From assembly GCF_006345805.1 (NCBI RefSeq), contig NC_043006.1, positions 84,010,001 to 84,074,000 on the forward strand: 64,000 nt of DNA, in the 5' to 3' direction. Within the stretch, counting starts at the first letter, position 1. Each line of letters begins with the position of its first letter. The position numbers and the translations under genes were made by a program. This document shows positions 36,156 to 48,084 of the stretch, in pieces. The stretch is from Octopus sinensis. Lineage: Eukaryota. A model generated the notes under the pieces. The model ran no database searches and was not told where the DNA came from. It was given only the letters and a program-made list of their open reading frames with translations.

Positions 36156-38093
36156 CTTTTAAGTTTTTAACTTTACAACTTATGTCTCTTTACAATATAA
36201 CATATTTTAATTACAAATTGCTCAAGGATGTCCCTTGTGTGACGACCACTGCGGACTGCTGGTCAGCCCACAACAGGTCCTATCTGGAGATGGCAGCACA
36301 CTGGCTGGACCCCAAGACCGACACGAGACAACACGTCGTCCTGGCTTGCTCTCGGCTCAGAGGACATCACACCTTCGATGTTCTCTCCCAGGCCATTGTG
36401 AACACCCATTACAAGTACCATCTACAAGGCAAGGTGACCAGGACCACGATGGACAGCAGCAAAAAGTTGTCAAGGCATTTATACAGTTTGGTACAAAAGT
36501 TGAACGCTTGCCAGACATTCTTGAGACTGCTGCTGATCCGGACGTAGAAGGTGTTGCGGATGTGGACCTGGACGTGGATCCTGAGGCTGGAGATGTGGAC
36601 GAAGCTGAGTACATTTCTGTTGATGCCGTCCTTGACGAATCCAGCGACCTGGGCCTCAACATGCCAGTGCACATGAAGTGTGCAGCCCATACCTTCAACT
36701 CGACAAGCTCTCGCCAGCGCTTCATTCAAGTCAGCCTTCTGGAAGGCCATATCCAAGGCGCAGCGGCTGTAGAATATGCAGAGCCGCAATACGGTGGTGG
36801 AAGACAGCATTCTGGATGCATTGAAGAGAAGGATAGTGGTCCCCAACAGTACCAGATGGAACTCTACCTATGACTGTTGTTGTCCTCAACAACCTGCTGG
36901 AGAAGAATAGGGGAGCTGTCCACAAAGTAATGACACGACTGAAGCTGTAGACCTTCACTGATTCTGATGTCGGCTTCCTAGCGGAGTATGCCTAGGTGAT
37001 GTCTAAGGTTGACAAAGCCTTGGATAACATCTGGGAGGACTAGGCTTATCACAGGAGTCTTCTGCCAACTGTAGAGGCTCCCGTCATGAAGTTGAAGGAG
37101 GCCAAGTTCAAACATCTCCTGTACTGCAGTCCTCTGATAGACGCGATACTGACAGGCATCACGAAAAGGTTTGGTCTCCTCCTAGAAGACCTGGACTGCC
37201 AGCTGGCCGCTGCCTTCCATCTCAAGTTTCGCCCGTTCTGGCTGGAGTAGTATAAGCAGAGTAACGAACGCCATGGAGACCGTCGTAGAGATAGCCCTAA
37301 TGGAGACCAATGCAGTAGGCAGCCGCAGCACCAGCAGTGAGGATGAGGAAGATGATTTCTTCAGCAACATCAGTCGGTTCCGGGAGAGCAGGAGCCACAG
37401 GTCACTGAAATCCAAGGCGCAAAACTTGGTGAAGACCTGACTGCTTCAAAGGAGATCCTGACTGAAGTCGCCCTTTTGGATGAGCAGGTCTTGATCGACC
37501 TGTTCACAGAGTATAACACCGCCATCCCATCTAGCGCTGTAGTTGAGCACCTATTCTTTACAGGCAAAGATATTTTGACGGCCAAGAGAGCCACCCTGTC
37601 AGATGGTAACTTTGAGAGGCTGATGTCTATGAAGAGCAACCAGCATCACGTTGAGGCGATGGAGAAGGCCCAGCCAGAGTAGCCATCATCTGATCTGGGC
37701 ATGATACCTATGCTATACTACACCTTTTTGATTCGTTTAATACTTTTCGTAGAGTAAATAATGTGTATGTTGACTGAAAGACTAGTACTTAACTTCATTT
37801 ATTCATTTAATTATTTGCAAACACCTTGATCATCATCTGATCTTGGTGTGCGATACCTTTTTGGAATGCTCCATGTGTAAGCTACATTATGAAAATGTCA
37901 GCTCTCTAAGCCTGTTTTTAAGGGTTTTAAAGGCAAAAAACTAAACCGAAACTAAATTCATATGATAAAAGTTAACTGTCATCAGTTAGCGTTAGCTTCC
38001 GCTAATTTTTTTTTTTCACCTGTTTAACAGTTTATCGGCTGCGAAGCTAATTTTTTTTGTTAGCGGATTAGCGGTTAGCGGTGCCCGCCACTG
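34412..38093 (+). mobile_element. Tol2-like hAT DNA transposon with both ends and an 8-bp TSD
   Basis: Ends CAAAGGTGAGCAC (left) and CAGTGGCGGGCAC (right, read on the minus strand) with subterminal CCGCTAA repeats. TSD GGGATAGT (34404-34411) vs GGGGTAGT (38094-38101), 7/8 identical. Confidence 0.9.
34803..37682 (+). pseudogene. hAT (Tol2/Ac-like) transposase pseudogene with a probable intron at 35440-36216
   Basis: NPWPHLEDYF (Tol2 HPWPYLREFF), TTTADCWSAHNRSYL..AHW (first Asp), LACSRLRGHHTFDVL, HMKCAAHTFN, PNSTRWNSTY and the hATC motif NTAIPSSAVVEHLF..KRATLSDGNFE. It carries several stops and frameshifts. Confidence 0.88.
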
Positions 38094-39251
38094 GGGGTAG
38101 TATTCATTATCAGGGAGGATGAATAGTCCTGTAGCGAGATGTGTAGCAAAAGGTGTTGTTGGTGTAGCAGATGAAGATAGGCGTGTTGACGACATCAACG
38201 TAAAACAATGTGGAAAGCATAGGATTATAATTTAAATCATTTATGTAATCCACACTTGCATTGACGTATTTGATACACACGGTTTGATTCACAATATCAA
38301 GGAAGGCCGCCATATGAAGTTACCAACTGCTTCGAATTGGTGAAGTAAAAATGAATAACAGGAGAAATATTGTGTCGACGTGATGAGGTAGAACCGGGTA
38401 TGTTTTGTGTCTGTGTGTGCGTTGGTCATTCGGTCGAGTCGTGTTTTCTTTCCATCCTGTCTGTTTGTGTTGTGTGACTGCTACTGTGTTGTGTCGTTCA
38501 TGCTAAATATGTTGCTTTCTATTGGCTGCTTGACTGTCGCAAGCTATCTCTCGACCGTTTGCCTGTTGCTGGGTGTCTGTCCTTCTGTCGTGTGTCTGAT
38601 TGTATTTATAACGGTCACCCTAGCTAGAAGAACAGACATACCATAGGAGTAATTTCTACCTATGTACGTGTCCTTGGTATGACTTTAAACGACATCCGGT
38701 GGTGGGGCCCTAGTAAGAGAATTCCAGGGTTTTGAAGAGTGTGGAATCATCTTTGAGTCACTATTATTCCCTAGTCTATTCTGTTCCAGAATAGTAGCAC
38801 CTGTTAGGGTTCCAACTGAGTGTTAATTAGCATGAGATCCCTTGGGGATGAAGGACCCTTAATTATCGTTCGAACTTCCTTCAAGAAGATAAATTCGTAT
38901 AAAGGAAGCAAAAAGAAACTGAAGTGCAGTTGGTTTCTGGTTGACTCAGCCTCTTTTATGTCAATGGTTTTGTAGCTGATTGCGGTGAAGAGTGGGTTCT
39001 GTGCTGTGCAACACTTTATCCACTCAAAGCAAATTCATGCAAAGGAACTTTTTGCGTATTCGGAACGTTTGCACGGACCTATTGAGTTTGGGAAGTGGTC
39101 CTTTTGGGTCACAAGTTGACTTCCACAATGTATGTATGTATGTATGTATGTATGTACGTCTCTTCTATTTTTTAATTATCATAAATCTTCCACTGAGGAG
39201 GGAGCCGGCTTCCAACAAAGATACAAGGCTCCATCTTTGGGATGTAGTTAA

Positions 39252-39487
39252 TGTTGTTGTTATATATATAATGTATTGAGTATTAAAGGAAGTAGTGAGT
39301 ACTTAGTATGAAAGATTAAGAAAATAAGAAAGACTGAAACAACGTGTTAACGATACAAGATACTTTATTCGACTGCCGTTGTTGTACAAGTTAATTGTTT
39401 TGGCGGGAAACAAAGTGAAAGTCCTTTTATCAAGGGAGACAATGGGCGACGTTGATTGTTCATGTTTGTTGTGATGATTATATAACA
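39252..39487 (-). repeat. 3' LTR of the Mag-type Gypsy element
   Basis: Differs from the other LTR at one position by my reading (AAGAAAGACTG vs AAGAGAGACTG). Confidence 0.95.
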
Positions 39488-39504
39488 TCTTTTTTTTTTT
39501 TATA

Positions 39505-41553
39505 TCATCTGTATCTACAGGGAATAATTATTCGTCGTCCACTTTTTGTGGTTTTATTATTTTGTAGTGTTGAATTCTGTAGTTGTGCTGTTTTTGTTTT
39601 TTCATGCGTGTTTGTTGACTTTGGAAATATATTTTCATAATCTAATTCTTCTGTTATGCGAACGTGTTCGTTTGTTTTAAGAATATGTTGTCTATTTCGT
39701 TTGACTGTATTTCCTTCCTCTGTTATTACTAAGTATGAACGAGGTTGCTCTAGTTTTTTAATTATTTTGCCCCTTCTAAACCAATTGTTGTTAAACTTAA
39801 TTCTAACCGTGTCGTGTGGTTTTAACTCTGGGAGTTCTGTTGTAATGTTTGATTTCTTCTTTTCGTGAGGCCTGATACCAATTTTGTCGTGTAGTATGTT
39901 TGGGAGATTTGTTCGCAATGTTCTATTCATTATTTGATTTGCAGGGGATGGTGCACCATTTTGTAATTTAGTCGTGCGTAATGCTAAGAGCGCTAACTGA
40001 GGTTCTTCGCCACTTTTGAATGCCTTTTTTAGCGTCTTTTTTATTGTCTGTATATTTCTCTCAACCATGCCATTCGCTTGATGATAATGCGGGCTTGTCT
40101 TCGTGTGATGAAAATGCCAATTTTTTGCAAATTTTTTGAATTCAGCCGAATTGAATTCTGGACCGTTGTCACTTACAACTGTTTGCGGAATTCCGAATTT
40201 AGCAAAAGTTTCTTTTAGTTTTTTGATTACGGTTTTTGACTGGCAATCATTTATTTCGTGTAGATCAAAAAATCTTGTTGTATAGTCAATAATTGTGACA
40301 TACGAATTTCCAGACAGGTGAAATACGTCTGTACCCACTTTGGTCCATGGTGTAGTAGGTATTTCATGATTTATTAGTGGTTCGGCTGCTTGTTGATTTT
40401 TGTAGTCAATGCAGTATGAGCATGTGTTAATCATGTCTTTGATTTGAGCGTTAATGCCGGGCCAGTATATACATTCTTTCGCTCTCTCTATGCATTTTTC
40501 GATACCCATGTGTCCGGTATGTATTTCCTGTAGAGCTTCTCTACGTAATGACTTAGGTACAATTATTCTTGAACCTTTTAGAACGAGACCATTGACGATT
40601 GATATTTCATCACGAACGGATACGAATGGTTTGATGTTTATTGGTATTTTGTCTTTTGGGGGCCATTCTGTTCTTGTATATGTGACGAGTGTCTGTAGAG
40701 ACGGGTCGTCTGCAGTGGCTTCTTTATACTCTTTTAATTTAGTGTCGGTTATGGGGTAATTTTTTATTATTGCATGAATGTGCGATTTCATATCTTCGTC
40801 TGGTACTTCTGGAGTATTTTGCTCAAGGTATGCACGTGATAGGGTATCTGCAACAATTGATTCTTTACCAGGTATGTGGTTTAGGTCAAAATCATATCTT
40901 TGTAATGTTAGTAGAAATCTTTGGATTCTGGGGGGGCATTTAGTGATCGATTTTTTGAATATTTGCTTCAACGGTTTATGGTCATTTTCGATTCTGAAAT
41001 GAGTTCCGTATATAAACTGATGAAATTTCTTGCATGCGAAAACTATACTGAGAGCTTCGCTCTCTATCGGACAGTAGTTTTGTTCCGCTTGAGTTGTTGC
41101 ACGAGATGCAAACGAAACAGGTAGCCATCTTTCGTTGTGTTTCTGCTCAAGTATCGCTCCGAGCCCATGCTTACTAGCATCTGTAGTTATTTTTATTGGT
41201 AGATCTGGATCATACAATTGTAGCACTGGTTTTCTGGTAATCATTTCTTTTAGCTTTTTTATTGCTTCGATTTGTGGTTTGTCGAATGACCATAACGTGT
41301 CACTCTGTAGAAGCTGGCGCAATGGTGCTGTGACTTCGGAGTAATTAGATAAAAATTTACATAGGTAATTTGTCATACCTAGGAATCTTTGTAATTCTTT
41401 TTTACTTGTTGGCAGTGGCATGTGAATGATTGCTTGTACTTTGGTTGGATCTTGTTTTATCCCTTCGCTGGTTAATATATGCCCAAGGTACTTGATTTGT
41501 GATTCATAGAAGATACACTTTGATTTATTTAACTTTAATCTGTGCTTTCGGAT
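39505..41553 (-). CDS. pol remainder: RT C-terminus, RNase H and integrase
   Basis: IRKHRLKLNKSKCIF..KYLGH..LQRFLGM, TDASKHGLGAIL, YCPIESEALSIVFA, ENDHKPL, HTGHMG..CSYC, GTDVF, SDNGPEF, ERNIQT. The frame is open throughout. Confidence 0.9.
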   Translation of the reverse strand: MRKHRLKLNKSKCIFYESQIKYLGHILTSEGIKQDPTKVQAIIHMPLPTSKKELQRFLGMTNYLCKFLSNYSEVTAPLRQLLQSDTLWSFDKPQIEAIKKLKEMITRKPVLQLYDPDLPIKITTDASKHGLGAILEQKHNERWLPVSFASRATTQAEQNYCPIESEALSIVFACKKFHQFIYGTHFRIENDHKPLKQIFKKSITKCPPRIQRFLLTLQRYDFDLNHIPGKESIVADTLSRAYLEQNTPEVPDEDMKSHIHAIIKNYPITDTKLKEYKEATADDPSLQTLVTYTRTEWPPKDKIPINIKPFVSVRDEISIVNGLVLKGSRIIVPKSLRREALQEIHTGHMGIEKCIERAKECIYWPGINAQIKDMINTCSYCIDYKNQQAAEPLINHEIPTTPWTKVGTDVFHLSGNSYVTIIDYTTRFFDLHEINDCQSKTVIKKLKETFAKFGIPQTVVSDNGPEFNSAEFKKFAKNWHFHHTKTSPHYHQANGMVERNIQTIKKTLKKAFKSGEEPQLALLALRTTKLQNGAPSPANQIMNRTLRTNLPNILHDKIGIRPHEKKKSNITTELPELKPHDTVRIKFNNNWFRRGKIIKKLEQPRSYLVITEEGNTVKRNRQHILKTNEHVRITEELDYENIFPKSTNTHEKTKTAQLQNSTLQNNKTTKSGRRIIIPCRYR

Positions 41554-42811
41554 TCAGATCTTTAGCTGTCTTTGCATCTATAACTGCGTGCGAGTTTGTT
41601 TTTGCAACAATGAATTTTATTTGCTTTGATAATTCTTTGTATTTAATGACTGCTGTGCATTTTCCTAGCACTTTTATAGCTGTGTTATTATAAGCTGATA
41701 ATCGAGTTGAGGTTTTTTGCAGTTGTGGTTTTGGAATTATATTTCTATATTCTCTGAATGGCAGTACGGTTACGTCTGCTCCTGTATCTATTTTGAATGT
41801 TACATTCGAGTTGTTCACTTTTAGTTCGACCGTCCAAATGTCTTTTGGAGTCTTGAACTTTTCGATTTTGTGCACGCGGGAATTATTTGCAGTGATCATT
41901 TCGAGTACATGTGTATCGTCATCTGATTCATCGTCGGTATGTATCTCTACTTTATGTACAAATTTTCTTGATTTGCACATTTTTGCATAGTGTCCTTGTT
42001 TCTTGTATTTTTCACATGTCTTGTGAAATGCTGGGCATTTATTTCTTTTGTGATTATAACCACAATAGTGACAGTTAGTGACGTAGTGTTGACTTGGCGC
42101 TTGAAACTTCGCGGGCTTTCTGTCACTTCCGCCTTGTTCGTTTTGATGTCTGGATTGCATATGGCGGGTTACTTGAGTTTTGGCGCCTTTTCTGTCGTTT
42201 TGACTATATACCCTCGAGATTTCGTTATCTCTTGTTTCGGATGTGGCATTTAGCATCCTTGATTGGAGTCGTGTTTGCTCTGCACTCTGACCTGCATGAA
42301 TTGTTTTTTGTAGGTCTAAATTTGGTTCTCTCAATAATCTTTCTCTTAATCTCATGTCTCTGATTCCACATATCAGAATATCTTTGGTGAGACTGTCTGT
42401 GAGGTTGCCGAATTCGCACTGTTGTGCCTTTTGGCGCAACTCTACTACGTACTCATCGAATTTTTGATGTTCCGCTTGTCCACATGTGAAGAATTTGTGT
42501 CTTAGGAAAGTTATGTTTTTCCTGGGTTCACAATATGCATCGAATTTTTCGATTACTGTCTGAAGGTTCATTTCTTCGTCGGGTGAATCGAAATCCAGTG
42601 TGGAATGGATATCTCAGCCTTTAGAACCGATGCAAGTTAAAAACATTGAAGTTTTTACTTTGTCTGGCTTCATGTCACTTTCTGTTGCTATCAAAAAGAG
42701 ATTGAATTCTTTTTTCCACTTTTTCCATGCTGCGGCTAGATTTTCCTGATTAAAGTCTAGGTCTTTTGGATGCGGTAAATTTTCCATTTCGTCTTTGAAG
42801 TATGATTTCAA
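41525..42811 (-). pseudogene. gag-protease ORF with one in-frame stop
   Basis: The 65-aa and 348-aa ORFs share a frame, separated only by TGA at 42614-42616 (likely CGA>TGA). Paired Zn knuckles CHYCGYNHKRNKCPAFHKTCEKYKKQGHYAKMC and protease IDTGADV. Confidence 0.9.
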
Positions 42812-42865
42812 CTTCTTTTTTCCTTTGGTTTCTGTATTTTGGGTTCTTTTAGTATTCTGACACCA

Positions 42866-43101
42866 TGTTGTTGTTATATATATAATGTATTGAGTATTAA
42901 AGGAAGTAGTGAGTACTTAGTATGAAAGATTAAGAAAATAAGAGAGACTGAAACAACGTGTTAACGATACAAGATACTTTATTCGACTGCCGTTGTTGTA
43001 CAAGTTAATTGTTTTGGCGGGAAACAAAGTGAAAGTCCTTTTATCAAGGGAGACAATGGGCGACGTTGATTGTTCATGTTTGTTGTGATGATTATATAAC
43101 A
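42866..43101 (-). repeat. 5' LTR of the Mag-type Gypsy element
   Basis: Direct repeat of 39252-39487, followed on the minus strand by the PBS. Confidence 0.95.
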
Positions 43102-43324
43102 GTTAACACAGACAAATTCACATTTGGGACTTGAGAAAAGTCTTGCTTATTTTTACTGTTCCACTCAAAGATTACATTTGTAATGTACGAATTAGCCAGG
43201 CGATTTCTCTTTCTGAAAATCCCAGTTTATCCAGATTCACCTTTAAGCATTTACTAACAAAACCTAATGCTCCAATTATTATTGGTATGAGTTCATAGTC
43301 TGTATGTATGTATGTATAGTCAGG

Positions 43325-43910
43325 TCACTCGTGGGAGCTACTGGTAACATATAATCCAGTACAGCCTATTGCATGGTCGGGTCGTCGGTGACTAAACTGA
43401 CAACCTTGCTTGGCGAGGAGGATGATTGTTGGACATCCTGCAGCAGAAAAAATATGACCTGTCAAAGGGCGGAATAGCTCGCGAGAAGTCAACGGCTATC
43501 GAACAATATGTGTACGTGTATGTATGCACGTATTAATGTATACGCGGGGACGTGGAAATACCTGGGTTGGTGTCCAGGCGTGCGGTTGGCCCTCAGGGAA
43601 TGGGAAGCCCCTTATGTTGTCACATTTCTCTAGGAGAAGGAAACTCTGAGAGAAAACCTTCTGCGCTGACAATATTCGATGATGTAGACTAGTTCTTCTT
43701 TTCGAGTTTATGTTGTTCATGTTCAGAGAATGGAACTGGATTCGTGCAAATCCTCTCCCTACCATAAAAAAATCTTTATGCACAGACATCGCTTGAAAAT
43801 AAAAGTAAAGCCTACCACAAAAAGGGATGGTCGTAGCTTTCGCATGTGTGGGACTCTTGCTCAAGCGATGGCAATACTCTAACACGAGATTGCAGTCATC
43901 ATGTATGTAT
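43325..43910 (+). mobile_element. Possible RTE-type LINE 5' UTR fragment
   Basis: GC-richer non-coding segment containing CTAGGAGAAGGAAACTCTG, reminiscent of RTE 5' UTRs. No ORF supports it. Confidence 0.3.
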
Positions 43911-43915
43911 GTAAT

Positions 43916-44232
43916 GAAAGCGCGTGGCTTGGTGGTAAAGATATTCAGCTCACGATCGTAAGGTCGTGAGTTCGATTCCCGGTGGTGCGTTGTGTTCTTG
44001 AGCAAGACACTTTATTTCACGTTGCTCCAGTCCGCTCGGCTGGCAAAAATGAGTTGTACCTGTAATTTCAAAGGGCCGGGTTTGCCATATTCTGTGTCAC
44101 TCTGAATCTCCCTGAGAGCTATGTCAAGGGTGCTCGTGTCAGTGGAGTGCTCAACCACTTGCGCGTTAATTTCACTTGCCGGCATTCCGTCGATCGGATC
44201 GACTGGAGCACTCATCGACGGAGTGCCAGTAA
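43916..44232 (+). mobile_element. SINE family E (relative at 61355-61660)
   Basis: A box TGGCTTGGTGG, B box GAGTTCGATTCC and CORE-like TTGAGCAAGACACTT. Confidence 0.7.
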
Positions 44233-44392
44233 GTATGTATGTTTGTATGTACAAGTGTGTGTGTGTGTGTGTGTGTGTGTATGGGTGTCTGTCTGAACCT
44301 GTTTAAGTTTCGCCCCCCCCACATACAGACAGGCACACCCCCACACATAAATGCATTTACATACACGTGTGTGTGTGTGTATATATATATAT

Positions 44393-44465
<73 letters not shown>

Positions 44466-44490
44466 TATATATATATATATATACACATAC

Positions 44491-44546
<56 letters not shown>

Positions 44547-44885
44547 TCTTTAATCCTTTACTTGTTTCAGTTATTAGACTGCGGCCATGCTGCAGCACCG
44601 CCTTGAAGAATTTTTAGTCGGATGTATCGACCCTAGTACTTCTTTTCTTTCTTTTAAGCCTGGTACTTATTCCATTTTCCTTTTCCCGAACCGCTAGCTT
44701 ACAGTGACGTAAACATACCAGCACCGGTTGTCAAACGGTGGGTGGGTGGGACAAGCACAGTCATCTTTCAGTTTCCCTTTGCCAAATCCATTCACTTGTC
44801 CTTTTGGTGGGCTCGAGGTGCCACGCAGTGGGACTGAACCCGGAACCCTGAAGTCGGCAAGCAAGCTTGTTACCACGCCTCCTTT

Positions 44886-44928
<43 letters not shown>

Positions 44929-45011
44929 TACACAAGATTTGGCGGTACAAACAGGGAAAACAGAACTCAAAACGTGTGTGTGTGTGTGTGTACTTTAGTA
45001 CTATTTGGCCG

Positions 45012-45314
45012 GTGGAGGCGCTATGGCCCAGTGGTTAGGGCAGCGGATTCGCGGTTTCGATTCCCAGACCGGGTGTTGTGTGTGTTTACTGAGCGAAACA
45101 CCTAAAGTTTCACGAGGCTCCGGCAGGGGGTGGTGGTGACCCCTGTTGTTCTCTTTCACCACCAACTTTCTCTCACTCTTTCTTCCTGTTTCTTGAGTAA
45201 CGCTGCGATGGACTGGCGTCCCGTCCAGTTAGAGGGAACACATACGCCACAGAAACCGGGAAACCGGGCCCATGAGTCTGGCTAGGCTTGAAAAAAGGAC
45301 GTAAAAAAACACAA
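45012..45314 (+). mobile_element. SINE family C (V-domain-like) with a 12-bp TSD. Relatives: 3130-3460(-), 58100-58300, 61152-61345
   Basis: tRNA-like head, GCGATGGACTGGCGTCCCGTCCAG core, A-rich tail, and ACTATTTGGCCG duplicated at 45000-45011 and 45315-45326. The domain assignment is from memory. Confidence 0.8.
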
Positions 45315-45326
45315 ACTATTTGGCCG

Positions 45327-45900
45327 AGAGTTTTGTACGTTGGCACTTGATAAGTGCTAACGCACGAAACTTTCGGCCCTTTAGTCACTCTGTTGCTTCA
45401 ATCAAATATTAATAAATACATATATATATATTTACGTTACGAACTATTTTTGTCGTCAAATTATTTTTTTTACTGCTTACTCTCGGTGTTTACGAACGGC
45501 ACGTGCCTGTCGTAACGCAATTATAGTCACATGTGTCAATAGGCGTGGAGATAGATTTGTCTGCTATTTTAGGTGATGAGTAAATAAAACCGGAATTGAT
45601 TTCAGTAGCAGGAACTTTTCTTAGGCTTACACCGTTAATTTCCTATAATTGACTTTCACTGTACTTGTATAAAGAAAGAAAAAAACAAACAGAAAGAACG
45701 AAAAATAATAATAAAGAAAACGACGATTCTAACTAGAAGCTTTGACGTTCAGCTATTGTGGACTGTACCTCGGCAACTGACCTACAGGTTTGTATTTTGT
45801 TTTTATTAACTCACTGCCGTCTCTTTTACGACGATCACACGCACGTTCGCCATCAGCGAACATTTTTAATGAGCGAGCAAGAGAGATAGAGAGAGAGAAG
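45327..45900 (+). promoter_or_regulatory. Candidate CpG-rich promoter or non-coding first exon
   Basis: Non-repetitive and CpG-enriched relative to its flanks. Contains CACGTG, CCGGAA (45590-45595) and a donor-like CAG|GTTTGT at 45787/45788. Confidence 0.25.
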
Positions 45901-47723
45901 GATTGACACAAAAGTTAAAAACGGTGACAGGGTGATAGTATTATTATCCATACGTACATACATACTTACATATATCTAGCTATGCTTCTCTTTCTATTTC
46001 AATAAGTATGTTTTGTCAGTTATATTCTATCATTCAATGGATTTTTCTTAAACGGATTGAAATTATTTCCCTACTATATCAAGGAGAACTAGATATACAA
46101 TCTTTTTTCTTCGTGCCTCTATCGAATTACCTTTCTCTGTCCATCATTCTTCATTTGTCTATCTATCTAACCACCTGTCCGTTTCACGCCTTTCCCTATC
46201 TCTCTTTTTACTTTATTCCATATATTTACCGATCTAATCATGTTTATCTCTGTCCGTATTTCTACTATTCTCATTTCCATTTGCTATACCATACCATTTT
46301 TAAAAAATTAAATATTCTTTAATCTCACATTTATGTATCTACTTTCCAGTCTTTCTTTCCTTATACATACACACATGCTTTCTCCCGTGTTATCGATATA
46401 ATTAGTCATAGACAGGTAGATAGACAGATACACTCGTGAAAAGTAGCGTGTATAAATCTCTATATATAAATACTTATAATATAAAAACAACCTATAATTG
46501 TTGAATGACAATGTACTTTAATTCCTATTTCTGTTCATGAATGAAATTGTTCTAAGATTTTGTTCCATGAGTCCCGTTTAAAACAGTGACAAGAAAGATG
46601 TTCTGTAGTAAAACAGTTGAATCCAATAAAACTAATATTTTGTATGGCCTAAGATTTTTTTAACAATTTGGTAGCATCAGGCTTACATTAAATTTTCACG
46701 TTTTTCTGCATTCGTGAAAAGCGATTGGCAGCGGTTGCGAAGTATGAAATATACATTTACAGTATATAATCTCATTCCTCTATGTTTCGAGTTCAAATCC
46801 CAGTAAATTCGACTGTACCTTTCATTTTTCTTCAGATTCATTAATCTAGCTTATCTGTGGATGACTGGGGCCAGTTGGCTAGTCTCCCATCATCACTGTT
46901 TGAGCTGACCTCTGGATCAAAGCCAATCAATATTCATAATCAGCCTTCATTTGTTTAATGAATAATGTACCCTTGTACACTTGACAGTAAGAAATGGTTT
47001 AAGGGAGATGTGACAGTTTTCTTTTCTAAACGGTTGAGCTACTAAAGTAGAAACTCTTTCTTTTAAGTATTAGTATATATATATACAATGGTAGTGGATT
47101 TAACTGACTACATTCCATCTTCTATGAAAATTAGTCACATACCCGGTCAAGTATGACGCAACATAGATATTTCAGTAATGTATTTAGCCTAAATGTTTAA
47201 TGTTATCACAGATTTGAGCAAGTTAAGGCGGTGCCAAGTCAGATGGATGGATGTAAAACTGTTTGACGTTTGTGCATTTTTTCAGAGATATTAGCTTCAT
47301 ACACGAAATCCAGCATCTTACGTTGTTGCTCCGCCTGCTAGAAGTATGAGCCAAGACTCTGAAACAATACTCTACCATCATAAAAAAGAAAGGAATACAT
47401 CGGACAATGCAATCTTAGACATGCAACAATAGGACAAGATGGCCATGGTTAGAACGTCTTTGGTTACAGGTATAATGGATCGGAGGTGACTTGGAACTAC
47501 TAACAAAGACACCTATTGTTGATAATTACGGAAATCTCAGTAGACGACCGTTCATAAATATATCTCCATTAGAATTGATAACAAATGTTCTATTATGATT
47601 GTGAATATATATTGAGTCTACAATGTTTTAGTCATTAGGTATATGTATGTATACGTGTGTGTAGGACATGTATATCCTGCATGGTATTATGTATGTGCAT
47701 GGTAGGTATGTGTGTGCATATAC

Positions 47724-47756
<33 letters not shown>

Positions 47757-48084
47757 GGAGAGTATTGTAGTTCGCTTGAAGCATTGTGTATTGTTTGTAA
47801 ACAGGTATATAGCCCATTGTCTGTATTAGAGTGCATTGTTATACGCGCTGGCAGAAACGTTAGCACGCCAGGCGAAATGCTTAGCGGTATTTCGTCTGTC
47901 GTTACGTTCTGAGTTCAAATTCAGCCGAGGTCGACTTTGCCTTTCATCCTTTCGGGGTCGATAAAGTACCAGTTCGCACTGGGTTCGATGTAATCGACTT
48001 AATCCCTTTGTCTGTCTTTGTTTGTTCCCTCTATGTTTAGCCCCTTGTGGGCAATAGAGAAATATATATATGTGAGTGTATGTA

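Larger units (their letters stand above)
39252..43101 (-). mobile_element. Gypsy/Ty3 Mag-clade LTR retrotransposon, internally deleted, recent insertion
   Basis: 236-bp LTRs (39252-39487, 42866-43101) with TG...CA ends; GTTAA TSD on both sides; PBS TGGTGTCAGAA (tRNA-Leu type) at 42855-42865; A-rich PPT at 39488-39501. Confidence 0.96.

Noticed and set aside
43325-43620. HDV-like ribozyme at the putative RTE 5' end
   Set aside because: I could not assemble the nested double pseudoknot by eye; an Infernal/RNArobo scan would be needed.
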